A DNA stretch of 64,000 nt. Source: an uncultured Candidatus Saccharibacteria bacterium. GTDB lineage: Bacteria > Patescibacteriota > Minisyncoccia > Phycocordibacterales > CALRHW01. Made by a program: the position numbers and the translations under genes. Shown here one piece after another: positions 28,762 to 38,141 of the stretch (the stretch's first letter is position 1; each line of letters starts with the position of its first letter). Below the pieces are notes generated by a model. That model was not told where the DNA came from. It saw only the letters and a list, made by a program, of their open reading frames with translations, and did not search any database. The DNA lies in the NCBI GenBank assembly GCA_964407105.1, contig CAYOUG010000001.1, positions 8,059 to 72,058 of the forward strand, in the 5' to 3' direction.

Positions 28762-29385
28762 CTAACTTTCGAAGCGAGCTGCGAGGCTGCGGCCGTCCCA
28801 GACGCTGTCGAGCCTGTCCCAAGGCACCACCACCTGGTCGCCGTAGCCGTAAAAATACGGGACGCAGCGACGGCCGTAGCGATCGCGTACGACGCTCTTC
28901 CAGCAGAAGACGACCTTTTTCCCGAACCGTTTCCGGAAGGTCTTGATGTCCACCAGCTTGGCGATGGCAAGTGCGTCGTGGAGACCAAGACATGTCTTGA
29001 GCGTGCCATTCTGACCAAGATGGTCGTAGATGACGTCGCCAGTCGTAGTGCAGCCATCCTTCTGGTCGTTGTGGAGCCAGAGCTTAACCCGTGTAAGGTC
29101 GTACTCGGTTGGACCGACAGACTCCAATTCTGGATGGAGTACCTCCGTTACCCAGTTTGGGTAAACGGGACGAATGGAACGGTCGACGCGGATGAAGGTG
29201 TTAGACGGTTCTTGTTCAGACGATCCGCTAACGATACCCTGAAAGATGTTTACGATCTTCTCAGGGTCACGCTTGCCGTCCAAGACAAGCTTGTTGACTG
29301 TCGTCTGAAGCTTCCAAAGCCGTGAAATCACAGCCGCTTCAGCGATTTGATCCATATCTTCTTTCGTCATACCATTACTCATGGC
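28762..29385 (-). CDS. hypothetical protein in a ~65% GC island (likely horizontally acquired)
   Basis: Start taken at MSNGMTKEDMDQ, with aggggaaacgcc immediately upstream. No recognisable family. Confidence 0.5.
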   Translation of the reverse strand, partial: AMSNGMTKEDMDQIAEAAVISRLWKLQTTVNKLVLDGKRDPEKIVNIFQGIVSGSSEQEPSNTFIRVDRSIRPVYPNWVTEVLHPELESVGPTEYDLTRVKLWLHNDQKDGCTTTGDVIYDHLGQNGTLKTCLGLHDALAIAKLVDIKTFRKRFGKKVVFCWKSVVRDRYGRRCVPYFYGYGDQVVVPWDRLDSVWDGRSLAARFES

Positions 29386-29570
29386 GTTTCCCCTAAAAAG
29401 AGTTTGCCCGCTACTTACAGGCATCTGAAGGGACGTATGGTTCCACAATAGAGCCACTATGTCCGAACAATTCCATTAATTATTATAAACTTTTTTTAAA
29501 AAATGTCAATATATCTGAGTAACCATTCTTCTATTCCTCCCACATTCACTTTTTATGCTACAATTTTCTC

Positions 29571-30572
29571 ATGTTCAAACAATTAGATTTTTTAGCTATT
29601 GGTGACACTGTTACCGATGCATTTATTAGACTTGAAGACGCGGACGTGCACTGTGATGTAAACCGCGAACATTGTAAACTTTGTGTAAAATTTGCAGATA
29701 AAATTCCTTACGAATTTGTAGAGGTGGTAAAAGCTGTGGGAAATAGTGCAAACGCCGCAGTATCTGCAGCTCGACTCGGATTGAATACCGGAATCATAAC
29801 CAACTTAGGAAAAGATGCTAATGGTGTGGATTGTTTAAAAGAGTTCAAAAGAAATGGCGTCTCAACAAAATACGTCACGATGCATCGTGGAATGCAAACA
29901 AACTATCACTACGTATTGTGGTTTGAAGATGAGCGCACTATTTTAGTAAAACATCAAGAATATCCATATTCATTTCCTTCAGCACGAGCACCAAAATGGT
30001 TGTATTTAAGTTCGCTTGCATCAAATTCTTTTGAATATCACATGCAGATTGCTCAATATCTTAAAAAAAATCCCTCAGTCAAACTCGCTTTTCAACCCGG
30101 CACATTTCAAATGAAACTTGGTTATGAAAAATTAAAAGAAATTTATCAACACACTGAAATATTTTTCTGCAACGTAGAAGAAGCAAAAAGAATTTTAGGA
30201 ATTTCTGAGGGTGAACAAATAGAAATTAAAGATTTGCTTAAAAAAATGCGTGAAAGCGGACCAAAAATTGTTTGCATTACAGACGGACCAAAGGGTTCAT
30301 ATGCTTTTGACGGAACGGATACATGGTTTATGCCTCCATATCCAGACACTAAACCTCCATACGAACGCACTGGCGCTGGTGATGCTTTTTCTTCGACCGT
30401 CACTTCTGCACTTGCACTTGGAAAAAATTTAGAAACGGCTCTTATGTGGGGACCTATTAATTCTATGTCTGTGGTGCAATATGTGGGCGCTCAAAAGGGT
30501 TTACTTTCTCAACAAGCACTCTTAGATTTTCTTGCAAAAGCTCCAGCAGACTACAAGCCAAGAAAAATTTAA
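29571..30572 (+). CDS. PfkB-family carbohydrate/nucleoside kinase
   Basis: 333 aa; ribokinase-like fold; C-terminal TGAGDAF anion-hole motif. Confidence 0.8.
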   Translation: MFKQLDFLAIGDTVTDAFIRLEDADVHCDVNREHCKLCVKFADKIPYEFVEVVKAVGNSANAAVSAARLGLNTGIITNLGKDANGVDCLKEFKRNGVSTKYVTMHRGMQTNYHYVLWFEDERTILVKHQEYPYSFPSARAPKWLYLSSLASNSFEYHMQIAQYLKKNPSVKLAFQPGTFQMKLGYEKLKEIYQHTEIFFCNVEEAKRILGISEGEQIEIKDLLKKMRESGPKIVCITDGPKGSYAFDGTDTWFMPPYPDTKPPYERTGAGDAFSSTVTSALALGKNLETALMWGPINSMSVVQYVGAQKGLLSQQALLDFLAKAPADYKPRKI

Positions 30573-30582
30573 TACACACAAA

Positions 30583-30615
30583 TAAAAAACCTCGAGAATA
30601 ATCGGGGTTTTTTAT
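30583..30615. terminator. bidirectional hairpin terminator between convergent pfkB kinase and transketolase
   Basis: aaaaacctcgagaataatcggggtttttt: stem with A-run and T-run flanks. Confidence 0.5.
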
Positions 30616-31604
30616 TTTCTTTTCAAAACCTTATCAACCGCCTCAGTGATTGCTTTTTCTCCCATACCATAGTGTTCAATAAGTTCTGCTGGCGTTCCTG
30701 ACTGACCAAATTTATCTTTTACTCCAACAAATTCAATCGGTACAGGTTTGTGTTGAGCAAGACATTCTGTCACAGCGCTTCCCATTCCTCCCGCTATTTG
30801 ATGCTCTTCGACTGTTACAATTGCGCCAGTTTCTTGCGCAAGATCGATGAGCGCTTTTTCATCGAGAGGTTTTATCGTCGATAAATTTAAAACTTTCACA
30901 CCAACACCTTTTTCGGTGAAATTTTTTGCAACCATTAATGCCTTGTGCACAAGCGCGCCCGTAGCCACAATTCCAACCTGAGCAAATCCATTTTCTGGAG
31001 CAAAAAATATCTGCGCTTTTCCAATTTCAAATGGAGTATCGATGGTGGTTATCACTGGAGTTTTATCTCGAATCAAACGAATATATACGGGGGTGTTTGT
31101 TTGAGCTGCGGCAAGTGTCGCCTTTTTTGCTTCTATATGATCGCACGGAGAAAGCACTACCAGATTTGGTATCACACGTGTAATCGCCAAGTCTTCTATC
31201 GCTTGATGTGTGCCGCCGTCTGGTCCAACAGAAATACCCGCGTGTGATCCAGCGATTTTTACAGGTCGATCGTTATAGCAAATTGTCGTGCGAATTTGCT
31301 CCCAATTTCTTCCGGGAGAAAACATTGCATAGGAAGTAATAAAAGGAATTTTTCCCATCGCCGCCATGCCGGATGCTACCGACGCAAGATTTTGCTCGGC
31401 CACCCCCATTTCAATAAAACGCTCCGGAAACTTTTGCGCAAAAAGATGTGTTTGTGTTGATTCTGTAAGATCAGCGCAAAGTGCCACTACTCGTTCATCA
31501 GTAATACCCGCAGTAAGCAAACCCTCACCATACCCTTTTCGTATCGGCACTTGTTCGACATCTGCGTCAAATACTTTTGGGTTTAAATGTAAATTATTAT
31601 TCAT
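30612..31604 (-). CDS. transketolase, C-terminal subunit (split transketolase)
   Basis: 330 aa; pyrimidine-binding and C-terminal domains; overlaps the N-terminal subunit gene by 8 nt. Confidence 0.9.
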   Translation of the reverse strand: MNNNLHLNPKVFDADVEQVPIRKGYGEGLLTAGITDERVVALCADLTESTQTHLFAQKFPERFIEMGVAEQNLASVASGMAAMGKIPFITSYAMFSPGRNWEQIRTTICYNDRPVKIAGSHAGISVGPDGGTHQAIEDLAITRVIPNLVVLSPCDHIEAKKATLAAAQTNTPVYIRLIRDKTPVITTIDTPFEIGKAQIFFAPENGFAQVGIVATGALVHKALMVAKNFTEKGVGVKVLNLSTIKPLDEKALIDLAQETGAIVTVEEHQIAGGMGSAVTECLAQHKPVPIEFVGVKDKFGQSGTPAELIEHYGMGEKAITEAVDKVLKRK

Positions 31605-32469
31605 GTTCGCTTTTAATTTTTCCCTCTAGGGTGCGCAACTCTTTAATTGCCATTGCCGCCTCTTCTTTGTTTGGCGGCTTACCATGCCATTCGTATTTTC
31701 GCTCAAAACCATGCACACCCTTACCTGGAATTGTATGAGCAATAATTATTGTTGGCTTTTCAAAAGTTGCTTTTGCGCGCTGTACTGCATAAATAATTTC
31801 TTCAAAATTGTGTCCATCTATTTCAAGCACATTCCAATTCCATGTTCGCCATTTTTCTGCTAAAGGTTCAAGTGGCATCACGTCTTCAGTAAAACCATCA
31901 ATCTGGATATTGTTACGATCAAGAATACCAATAATGTTTCGAAGTTTATGTTTACCGGCAAGCATTGCCGCCTCCCACACCTGACCCTCGTTGAGTTCGC
32001 CATCACTCATAAGACAATAAATATATCTATCATTTGAAATTCCCCGATCCATTCTGTCTGCAAGTGCCATACCCACCGCCTGCGAAAGACCAGAACCAAG
32101 TGGACCAGAACTATTTTCAAGCATTGGTAAAAATTCACGATGCGGATGTCCTTGCAAACGCGAACCAAACTTTCGCAAAGTCATGAGCTCTCCCACCGGA
32201 AAATATCCGGAATGTGCCATGGAAGCATAAAGTACTGGACAAATATGTCCGTTTGAAAGTACGACACGATCACGTTCTGCCCACTTTGGATTACGTGGAT
32301 TGTGTTTGAGAATATGAAAATATAAAGCTGTAAAAATATCTGCCATACCAAGGGGGCCAGCAGTGTGTCCTGAGCCAGCCTCAAGAAGCATTGAAATAAT
32401 AGAACGACGAATTTCGTTTGCTTTTAGCTCAAGCTCTTGAATTTTTTCTTCAGTAAATGTTTTACGCAT
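31597..32469 (-). CDS. transketolase, N-terminal subunit (TPP-binding)
   Basis: 290 aa; GSGHTAGPLGMADI...GDG-type ThDP motifs. Confidence 0.9.
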   Translation of the reverse strand: MRKTFTEEKIQELELKANEIRRSIISMLLEAGSGHTAGPLGMADIFTALYFHILKHNPRNPKWAERDRVVLSNGHICPVLYASMAHSGYFPVGELMTLRKFGSRLQGHPHREFLPMLENSSGPLGSGLSQAVGMALADRMDRGISNDRYIYCLMSDGELNEGQVWEAAMLAGKHKLRNIIGILDRNNIQIDGFTEDVMPLEPLAEKWRTWNWNVLEIDGHNFEEIIYAVQRAKATFEKPTIIIAHTIPGKGVHGFERKYEWHGKPPNKEEAAMAIKELRTLEGKIKSEHE

Positions 32470-32474
32470 TAAAT

Positions 32475-33188
32475 TTAGGCAAACAAATGTTCAAAAGCAG
32501 ATACAGCACTTGGCACATCTTCTTGTGCAAAAATTGCAGATCCAACAACAAGTCTCTTTACACCCGCTTCAATTAGTTTCGGCGCCACATCCAAACTGAC
32601 ACCACCATCAACACTAAGTATAAGATCTGGATACTTTGTATGCAAATCTGTAATTTTTTCAAAAACACGTTCATCAAAATCGCTTCCCTGTATGCCTATG
32701 TCTGCAATTCCCATAAGTTGAACAAAATCGATATCTTCAACAAAAGGATACACAGACTCAACTGACGCATTCATGCCGAGCGCAAAACCAATCTCAGTGT
32801 AAAGTGGTGACTCTTTTGCAACAGCACTTTTTCGTATCACATCAAGAAATGTTTTTGGTTCAATAACAGATTCCATGTGAAAAATCAGACGCTTTGCTCC
32901 AGCTTTAACCCAATCACGCCACACTTTTTCTGGTTCACGAATCATAAGGTCAACCTCAAAATCTACATCATTCCAAAATGGAAAACCTTCATCTTCACTT
33001 AAAATACGTACAAAATTTCTGTCAAAATCGGCGCCCAAATATGGCCAAGTGCGTTTTGGCGTAAGACGTCCATCCATTACATCTATTTGAATAAGCGGTA
33101 CAAGCTGAGCCACAAGAGAAATTTTTTCCTCAAGGTCTTCAAAACTCGTTGGCATTATTGCTGGAATTATTTCAATTTTTGATTTCAT
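32475..33188 (-). CDS. rpe: ribulose-phosphate 3-epimerase family
   Basis: 237 aa; TIM barrel with IDVMDG, DLMI.EP and SVDGG...GSAIF motifs aligning to Rpe. Confidence 0.7.
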   Translation of the reverse strand: MKSKIEIIPAIMPTSFEDLEEKISLVAQLVPLIQIDVMDGRLTPKRTWPYLGADFDRNFVRILSEDEGFPFWNDVDFEVDLMIREPEKVWRDWVKAGAKRLIFHMESVIEPKTFLDVIRKSAVAKESPLYTEIGFALGMNASVESVYPFVEDIDFVQLMGIADIGIQGSDFDERVFEKITDLHTKYPDLILSVDGGVSLDVAPKLIEAGVKRLVVGSAIFAQEDVPSAVSAFEHLFA

Positions 33189-33651
33189 CTATTTTTTTGA
33201 GTCGACGAGTGTGACGTTCATCGCCAGTAAATGGTGTAGCAAGCCATATTTCCACCGCATCTTTTGCATCTTTTTCAGAAAGAAAACGTGCACCGAGTGA
33301 AAGAATGTTTGCGTCATTGTGTTCTCGAGAAACAATTATTTCATGAGGTATCACACGATCATTTTCTGGTTTGTATTGACCGTTAAAAACAACCGCCCGC
33401 ACGTGTGGTAAACGGTTTGCTGTTATGGCTTCACCCTGACCAGAACCGCCAATAATAATTCCCTTTTGCTTTCCTTCACTTTTTGAAACTTCACGCGCAA
33501 GTGGAATAATAAAATCTGGATAATCGTCATCAGCATTAAATTCAAGTGCGCCAAAATCTTTTACTTCATATCCTAAATCACGCAAAAATGGCATGAGTTC
33601 TGCTTTAAGTTCAAAACCGGCGTGATCGGCTGCAATTAAAATTTTTTCCAT
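33172..33651 (-). CDS. rpiB: ribose-5-phosphate isomerase B
   Basis: Start at MEKILIAADHAGFELK; RpiB/LacAB fold. Confidence 0.85.
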   Translation of the reverse strand: MEKILIAADHAGFELKAELMPFLRDLGYEVKDFGALEFNADDDYPDFIIPLAREVSKSEGKQKGIIIGGSGQGEAITANRLPHVRAVVFNGQYKPENDRVIPHEIIVSREHNDANILSLGARFLSEKDAKDAVEIWLATPFTGDERHTRRLKKIDEIKN

Positions 33652-33767
33652 GCATATATTGTACCACGCGACACGACACAGAAAAAATACTTGACACAAT
33701 AATAAATTATCAATACAGTGTTTTAAGTCTCTTGTTCCCCAACACTCTCAACGAAAGGAGTATTTCA

Positions 33768-34118
33768 ATGGGAAAAATTATCGGATTGAGCTTCTCTCGT
33801 TGTGTGGCTGCCATTGCACGAGATGAAGAATCACCTGAAGATGTAGTGAAAATCTACACAAGCACTCGTATTTCCACAAACGAAGCGTGGAAAGCGGCAC
33901 TTCTGTGGCATCAACAACACCGCTGGCAAAACGACAACCCGCATCTTTGCATGCAAATTGCCGTCAAGCTCATCAAAGCTAAGAAGATTATCCAGCCATG
34001 GATCACAAAGGGTGTGGTGCCCGAAGTGATCAGCAACGACAAAATCTGGATCCTAGAATCAGAGGAAGGAAAAATCGTCTGGATCCAAGCGCCACAGGTT
34101 GTCCAAAAGCAAAGCTAA
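33768..34118 (+). CDS. hypothetical protein (GC-rich, ~50% GC, isolated plus-strand gene)
   Basis: Start at MGKIIGLSF with SD aaaggag. No family recognised. Followed by a hairpin and T-run at about 34150-34195. Confidence 0.4.
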   Translation: MGKIIGLSFSRCVAAIARDEESPEDVVKIYTSTRISTNEAWKAALLWHQQHRWQNDNPHLCMQIAVKLIKAKKIIQPWITKGVVPEVISNDKIWILESEEGKIVWIQAPQVVQKQS

Positions 34119-34210
34119 CAAACCGAGCACACCAAAAAGCTCGATCACCATCACCCCCGCAAAACCCCCCGTGGTCTGCGAGGGTTTTTGTTTTAAAATT
34201 TATTGTTTTT

Positions 34211-35236
34211 TTAAATCGCCGCACCGGTTTTCATCACATGATCCACAAGGGTGTGCGTATACCCCATTTCGTTGTCGTACCATGCAAGAACTTTTACAAG
34301 ATTGCCACCTACCACGCGAGTAAAAGAAAGATCGGCGATAGATGCATATTTACTTCCTTTAATGTCTGAAGATACCAACTGTTCTTCTGTCACTGAAAAA
34401 ATATTTCTCCATCTGTTTTGTTGTGATGCTTTTTTTAGAAGTCCGTTTATCTCTTCCACGCTTGTATCTCGCTTTGCGATAAATGTAATGTCAGCAATAG
34501 AACCAACCACTACCGGTACACGCATTGAGATACCATCAAATTTCCCCACAAGCTCTGGGAATGCTTTTGTAACAGCGATAGCCGCACCGGTGGTGGAAGG
34601 AACAATATTTTGCGCCGCAGCGCGACCTTCACGGAAATCTTTTTTACTTGGACCGTCTACAATAGACTGACTTGCTGTGTAAGCGTGCACAGTATTTAGA
34701 ACTGCTTTTTCAATACCAATAGTTTCATGCAAAATAGCAATAAGCGGACTTGCGGAATTGGTCGTACACGAAGCGTTTGAAGAAATAACACATGTTTCAA
34801 ATTTTTCTTCGTTGATACCCATTAGTATCGTTCCTGTATCAGCTGTTGCTTCATCTTTTGCTGGTGCGGTAATCACCACCCGTTTTGCACCAGCAGAAAT
34901 GTGCACACGTGCCTTTTCAAATTCCACAAAAAAACCAGTAGACTCTACCACAACGTCAATATCAAGTGCTTTCCATGGAAGCGAAGCCGGATCTTTTTCG
35001 CTAAAATATGCAATTTCATCACCGTCAACAATTATTTTTTTCTTATCTGAAGATACTTCTACATCAAACGGACTCACACCATATGCAGTATCGTATTTAA
35101 GTAAATATGCAATATTGTCGATATTTCCAAGATCATTTATTGCAACGATTTGAATTTCTTTATGTTCACGCGCCACTTTTATAAACGCTCGCCCTATTCG
35201 TCCTGCACCATTTATTGCAACTTTTATTTTTTTCAT
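34211..35236 (-). CDS. gap: glyceraldehyde-3-phosphate dehydrogenase
   Basis: 341 aa; NAD-binding INGAGRIGR; catalytic SNASCTTN. Confidence 0.95.
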   Translation of the reverse strand: MKKIKVAINGAGRIGRAFIKVAREHKEIQIVAINDLGNIDNIAYLLKYDTAYGVSPFDVEVSSDKKKIIVDGDEIAYFSEKDPASLPWKALDIDVVVESTGFFVEFEKARVHISAGAKRVVITAPAKDEATADTGTILMGINEEKFETCVISSNASCTTNSASPLIAILHETIGIEKAVLNTVHAYTASQSIVDGPSKKDFREGRAAAQNIVPSTTGAAIAVTKAFPELVGKFDGISMRVPVVVGSIADITFIAKRDTSVEEINGLLKKASQQNRWRNIFSVTEEQLVSSDIKGSKYASIADLSFTRVVGGNLVKVLAWYDNEMGYTHTLVDHVMKTGAAI

Positions 35237-35300
35237 TGTCTAATTCTTTTAATCTGTAAGTGATTATAGTATACCACTACTCTTAAAAAGTTATAGAAAA

Positions 35301-35340
35301 AGACAGCTCCTTTGAAAAAGCTGTCTTTTGTGGTGGCAAA
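35301..35340 (-). terminator. Rho-independent terminator downstream of the desaturase gene
   Basis: Hairpin aaaagacagcttttt/caaaggagctgtcttt followed by a T-run on the minus strand. Confidence 0.5.
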
Positions 35341-35364
35341 AAATCTTTCGATCATCACCAACCA

Positions 35365-36309
35365 CTATTGTGTTGCTACGATTTTTTCCTTTCTTTTGAA
35401 GATGGTTTCAATGTGAGGCTTGCCTTCAGAATCAAATCTGGGAACTTTCACGTCCCAAACAAGTCTGAGTTGTGCGAGAGTCCAGATGAGATACCACGTG
35501 GGGTCGATTTCCCACCACGAAATTCCGTGACGCGCAGAGTTTTGGATCGCGTGATGATTGTTGTGATTACCCTCACCAAAACCAATGATGGCAAGAATGG
35601 GGTTGTTTACACTATGATCATCAGTATCAAATCTCCTTATGCCCCAAATGTGACAAATTGAGTTGATACTCCACGTAATGTGATAGACGATGAAAAGCCG
35701 AATCATTCCTCCCCACAAAAATCCAAACAACGCCCCCTTCCAAGACCAAGAGATGAGTCCGCCGATCAAGCCCGGCAACAAAAGACCCAGCACAAACCAC
35801 AGAACAAAATACTTATTTACAAAAACAAGCGCTGGGTCACGAGACAGGTGTTTTGTGTACTGATCTTCTTTTGAATGACGGGGTTGCGAAAACCATCCCA
35901 TATGGGCGTGGTAAAAACCAAGCCAAAAACCATTCCATCCATCACCGTGTAGATGTGGTGAATGCGGATCTCCGATCTGGTCTGAGTACTGGTGGTGAAC
36001 ACTATGATCTGCGACCCATCGAAAAAATGAATTTTGTCCAGACATTGATCCACAAATCGCAAGTGTTATCTGAGTCCATCTGTAAGTCTTGTAAGAAGCG
36101 TGTGTAAACAATCGGTGAAAACCGGCAGTCACACCAAAACCACTCACAAAGACAAACACGATGAACAAGGAAAGAGATGTCGCGTCAATTCCCCGATTCC
36201 ACCAGTAAAAAACACCCCAGATGGCCACCAGAAATGGTGCCCAAACAAAAAAGTGAGTTAGGGCTTTTTCTGCCTTTCCAGGCCCAGCATGAAGTCCAGA
36301 TCTACTCAT
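35365..36309 (-). CDS. membrane fatty-acid (acyl-CoA/acyl-lipid delta-9-type) desaturase
   Basis: Histidine boxes HRLFTH, HSVHHQY and HNNHH, plus TM helices. Start at MSRSGL with SD ggagg 6 nt upstream. Confidence 0.8.
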   Translation of the reverse strand: MSRSGLHAGPGKAEKALTHFFVWAPFLVAIWGVFYWWNRGIDATSLSLFIVFVFVSGFGVTAGFHRLFTHASYKTYRWTQITLAICGSMSGQNSFFRWVADHSVHHQYSDQIGDPHSPHLHGDGWNGFWLGFYHAHMGWFSQPRHSKEDQYTKHLSRDPALVFVNKYFVLWFVLGLLLPGLIGGLISWSWKGALFGFLWGGMIRLFIVYHITWSINSICHIWGIRRFDTDDHSVNNPILAIIGFGEGNHNNHHAIQNSARHGISWWEIDPTWYLIWTLAQLRLVWDVKVPRFDSEGKPHIETIFKRKEKIVATQ

Positions 36310-36366
36310 GATTGACCTCCAAAAGGTAGAGTAGTAAGAAAAAAACAACAAGGAACGCCAAATTTA

Positions 36367-36864
36367 CTATATCACAACAGTATCATCTACTTTTATATTG
36401 TTTTTTTGTGCCGATCCAGCGTTTATTTCAAGTACGTATAATGATTTTTCTGTTGGTGTAAAAATTTTCGGAAAAGATTCTGGTGTAGCGTTTTTTTCTA
36501 TTCCCACGATTTTCATATTTTCACCAATCCAAATAATATCTATTGGAAAAAGCATGTCTTTCATCCAAATACCCGCATATTCTGGTGCGTTTAGTATAAA
36601 AAGTAGACCGCTTTGTGCATCAAGTGAGGTTTTTCCCGAAAGTCCTTGAGCGCGTTTTTGTGGTGTATCGGCAACGTCTATATTAAAAAATATTGATGTG
36701 CTGTTAGAAGAAATAATTTTTAGAGTTTTTGTATTTTTTATTTCAGAAATCGTATTTTGATCAAAAGTAACTGGCGCTCTAGCTAAATATTTCGGTAAAA
36801 AAAACATTAAACCAAGCGCACAAAGAACAATGCAAAAAATAATTAGAAGTATTTTGCTTTTCAT
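36367..36864 (-). CDS. DUF192 family secreted protein
   Basis: 165 aa; signal/TM segment; GLSGKTSLDAQSGLLF...WMKDMLFPIDIIW, typical of DUF192 (COG1430). Confidence 0.6.
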   Translation of the reverse strand: MKSKILLIIFCIVLCALGLMFFLPKYLARAPVTFDQNTISEIKNTKTLKIISSNSTSIFFNIDVADTPQKRAQGLSGKTSLDAQSGLLFILNAPEYAGIWMKDMLFPIDIIWIGENMKIVGIEKNATPESFPKIFTPTEKSLYVLEINAGSAQKNNIKVDDTVVI

Positions 36865-36885
36865 AACAACAAGTATAGCAAACTC

Positions 36886-37158
36886 TCAAACTCTCCGTGG
36901 AGGTCGATCTTCCATTGGACGAGCTTCATTTACGATAAGATTGCGACCGTCGAGTGGTTTTCCGTGCCACATTTCTATCGCCTTTTTAGCTTCTTCTGGA
37001 GTAGACATTTCCACAAAACCAAAACCGCGAGATCGATTTGTTTCTCTATCAATAATAATAGAAGCTGACACCACTGTGCCGGCCTTTGCAAATGCATCTT
37101 TTAAACCATTTTCATTAACACCATATGAGATACCACCAACATATAATTTTATTGCCAT
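36886..37158 (-). CDS. RRM-type RNA-binding protein
   Basis: 90 aa; RNP2 KLYVGGI and RNP1 RGFGFVEM. A TTGACT-16-TAAAAT promoter about 7 nt upstream of the ATG suggests a leaderless mRNA. Confidence 0.85.
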   Translation of the reverse strand: MAIKLYVGGISYGVNENGLKDAFAKAGTVVSASIIIDRETNRSRGFGFVEMSTPEEAKKAIEMWHGKPLDGRNLIVNEARPMEDRPPRRV

Positions 37159-37397
37159 AAATAAATTTTAACGACAGGCAGACAAAAGTCAATTATTTAA
37201 TAAGGTGGATAGACTCATTGACGCCACCACAAATGAGTATAGTATGAAATATAGGAATAGAGTGTACGAGTTTTACACAACCCAAACCGCAGAAAGGGAT
37301 CCTCTCAGACACCATCTCTCCTGTGACCAGCGCGGATCACCGAAGAGCTGTTTGAGCTGTGCACAAACTCGGTGGTGTTTTCCATATTCACCTCTCC

Positions 37398-38006
37398 TCA
37401 CCTCCGTTCCTCCCTCTCACGTCTGACCACAGGCGTGAGGGGTTTTATTTTATATCTAAAACATTGTGTTGTGTGATCATTTACCATTCCTGTCGCTTGC
37501 ATAAACGCATAACAAATAGTAGAGCCGACAAATTTAAAACCGCGCGCTTTCATATCTTTACTCATCGCATCAGACTCTGCACTTCGTGCTGGCAAATCTT
37601 TGTGTGTCTTCCACGCATTCACTTTTGGTTTCCCTCCCACAAACTGCCAAATATATGCATCGAAAGAGCCGAATTCTTTTTGTACACGCAAAAATTCTTT
37701 TGCATTTGTTATGGTCGCACGAATTTTAAGCTGATTTCGAATAATGCCCGCATCTTGCATCAATGTCGCGATTTTCTTTTCATCATACCGTGCAATCTTC
37801 CGCGCATTAAAATTGCTGAAAGCTTTACGAAAATTCTCTCGTTTTTTTAAAATAGTAAACCAAGAAAGTCCAGCTTGAAATCCATCAAGCAAAATAGCTT
37901 CAAAAAGTTTTTGATCATTGTGCAAAGGAACGCCCCATTCTGTGTCGTGATACTTTTGGTAAAGTGCGTCATCGCTCACCCATCCGCAACGGATTTTTTG
38001 TTTCAT
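37398..38006 (-). CDS. tag: DNA-3-methyladenine glycosylase I with an Arg/Glu-rich C-terminal tail
   Basis: Start at MKQKIRCGW; Tag zinc-site motifs (C..W...D..Y..YHD.EWG). The ORF-track N-terminal extension overlaps tRNA-Ser and is rejected. Confidence 0.85.
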   Translation of the reverse strand: MKQKIRCGWVSDDALYQKYHDTEWGVPLHNDQKLFEAILLDGFQAGLSWFTILKKRENFRKAFSNFNARKIARYDEKKIATLMQDAGIIRNQLKIRATITNAKEFLRVQKEFGSFDAYIWQFVGGKPKVNAWKTHKDLPARSAESDAMSKDMKARGFKFVGSTICYAFMQATGMVNDHTTQCFRYKIKPLTPVVRREREERR

Positions 38007-38008
38007 TT

Positions 38009-38098
38009 TGGCGGAAGATAAGGGATTTGAACCCTTGATGGAGTTTCCCCCATACCGCCTTTCCAAGGCGGCGCACTAGACCACTATGCGAATCTTCC
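38009..38098 (-). tRNA. tRNA-Ser (anticodon GGA), long variable arm, encoded CCA
   Basis: Reverse complement GGAAGATTCGCATAGTGGTCTAGTGCGCCGCCTTGGAAAGGCGG...TTCAAATCCCTTATCTTCCGCCA. Confidence 0.85.
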
Positions 38099-38141
38099 TC
38101 AATTTTTCCACACACGGCGCGTCTTACAGCGCGCCGCTCAT

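Noticed and set aside
28673-29057. Overlapping ORFs 28653..28946, 28673..28993, 28728..29057 and 28978..29325
   Set aside because: These are spurious long ORFs, typical of high-GC DNA with few stop codons. Only the 28762..29385 minus-strand frame has a start context and full length.
37205-37426. 73-aa plus-strand ORF and a putative CU-rich anti-SD sRNA in the tag-RRM spacer
   Set aside because: The CU-rich tract is simply the antisense of tag's RREREERR tail codons. No SD or credible promoter spacing was found (TTGACG-14-TATAGT). It is kept only as a low-interest note.
37398-38066. Tag N-terminal extension MERRYGGNSIKGSNPLSSAK
   Set aside because: It overlaps the tRNA-Ser gene (38009-38098). 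The conserved Tag sequence begins at MKQKIRCGW.
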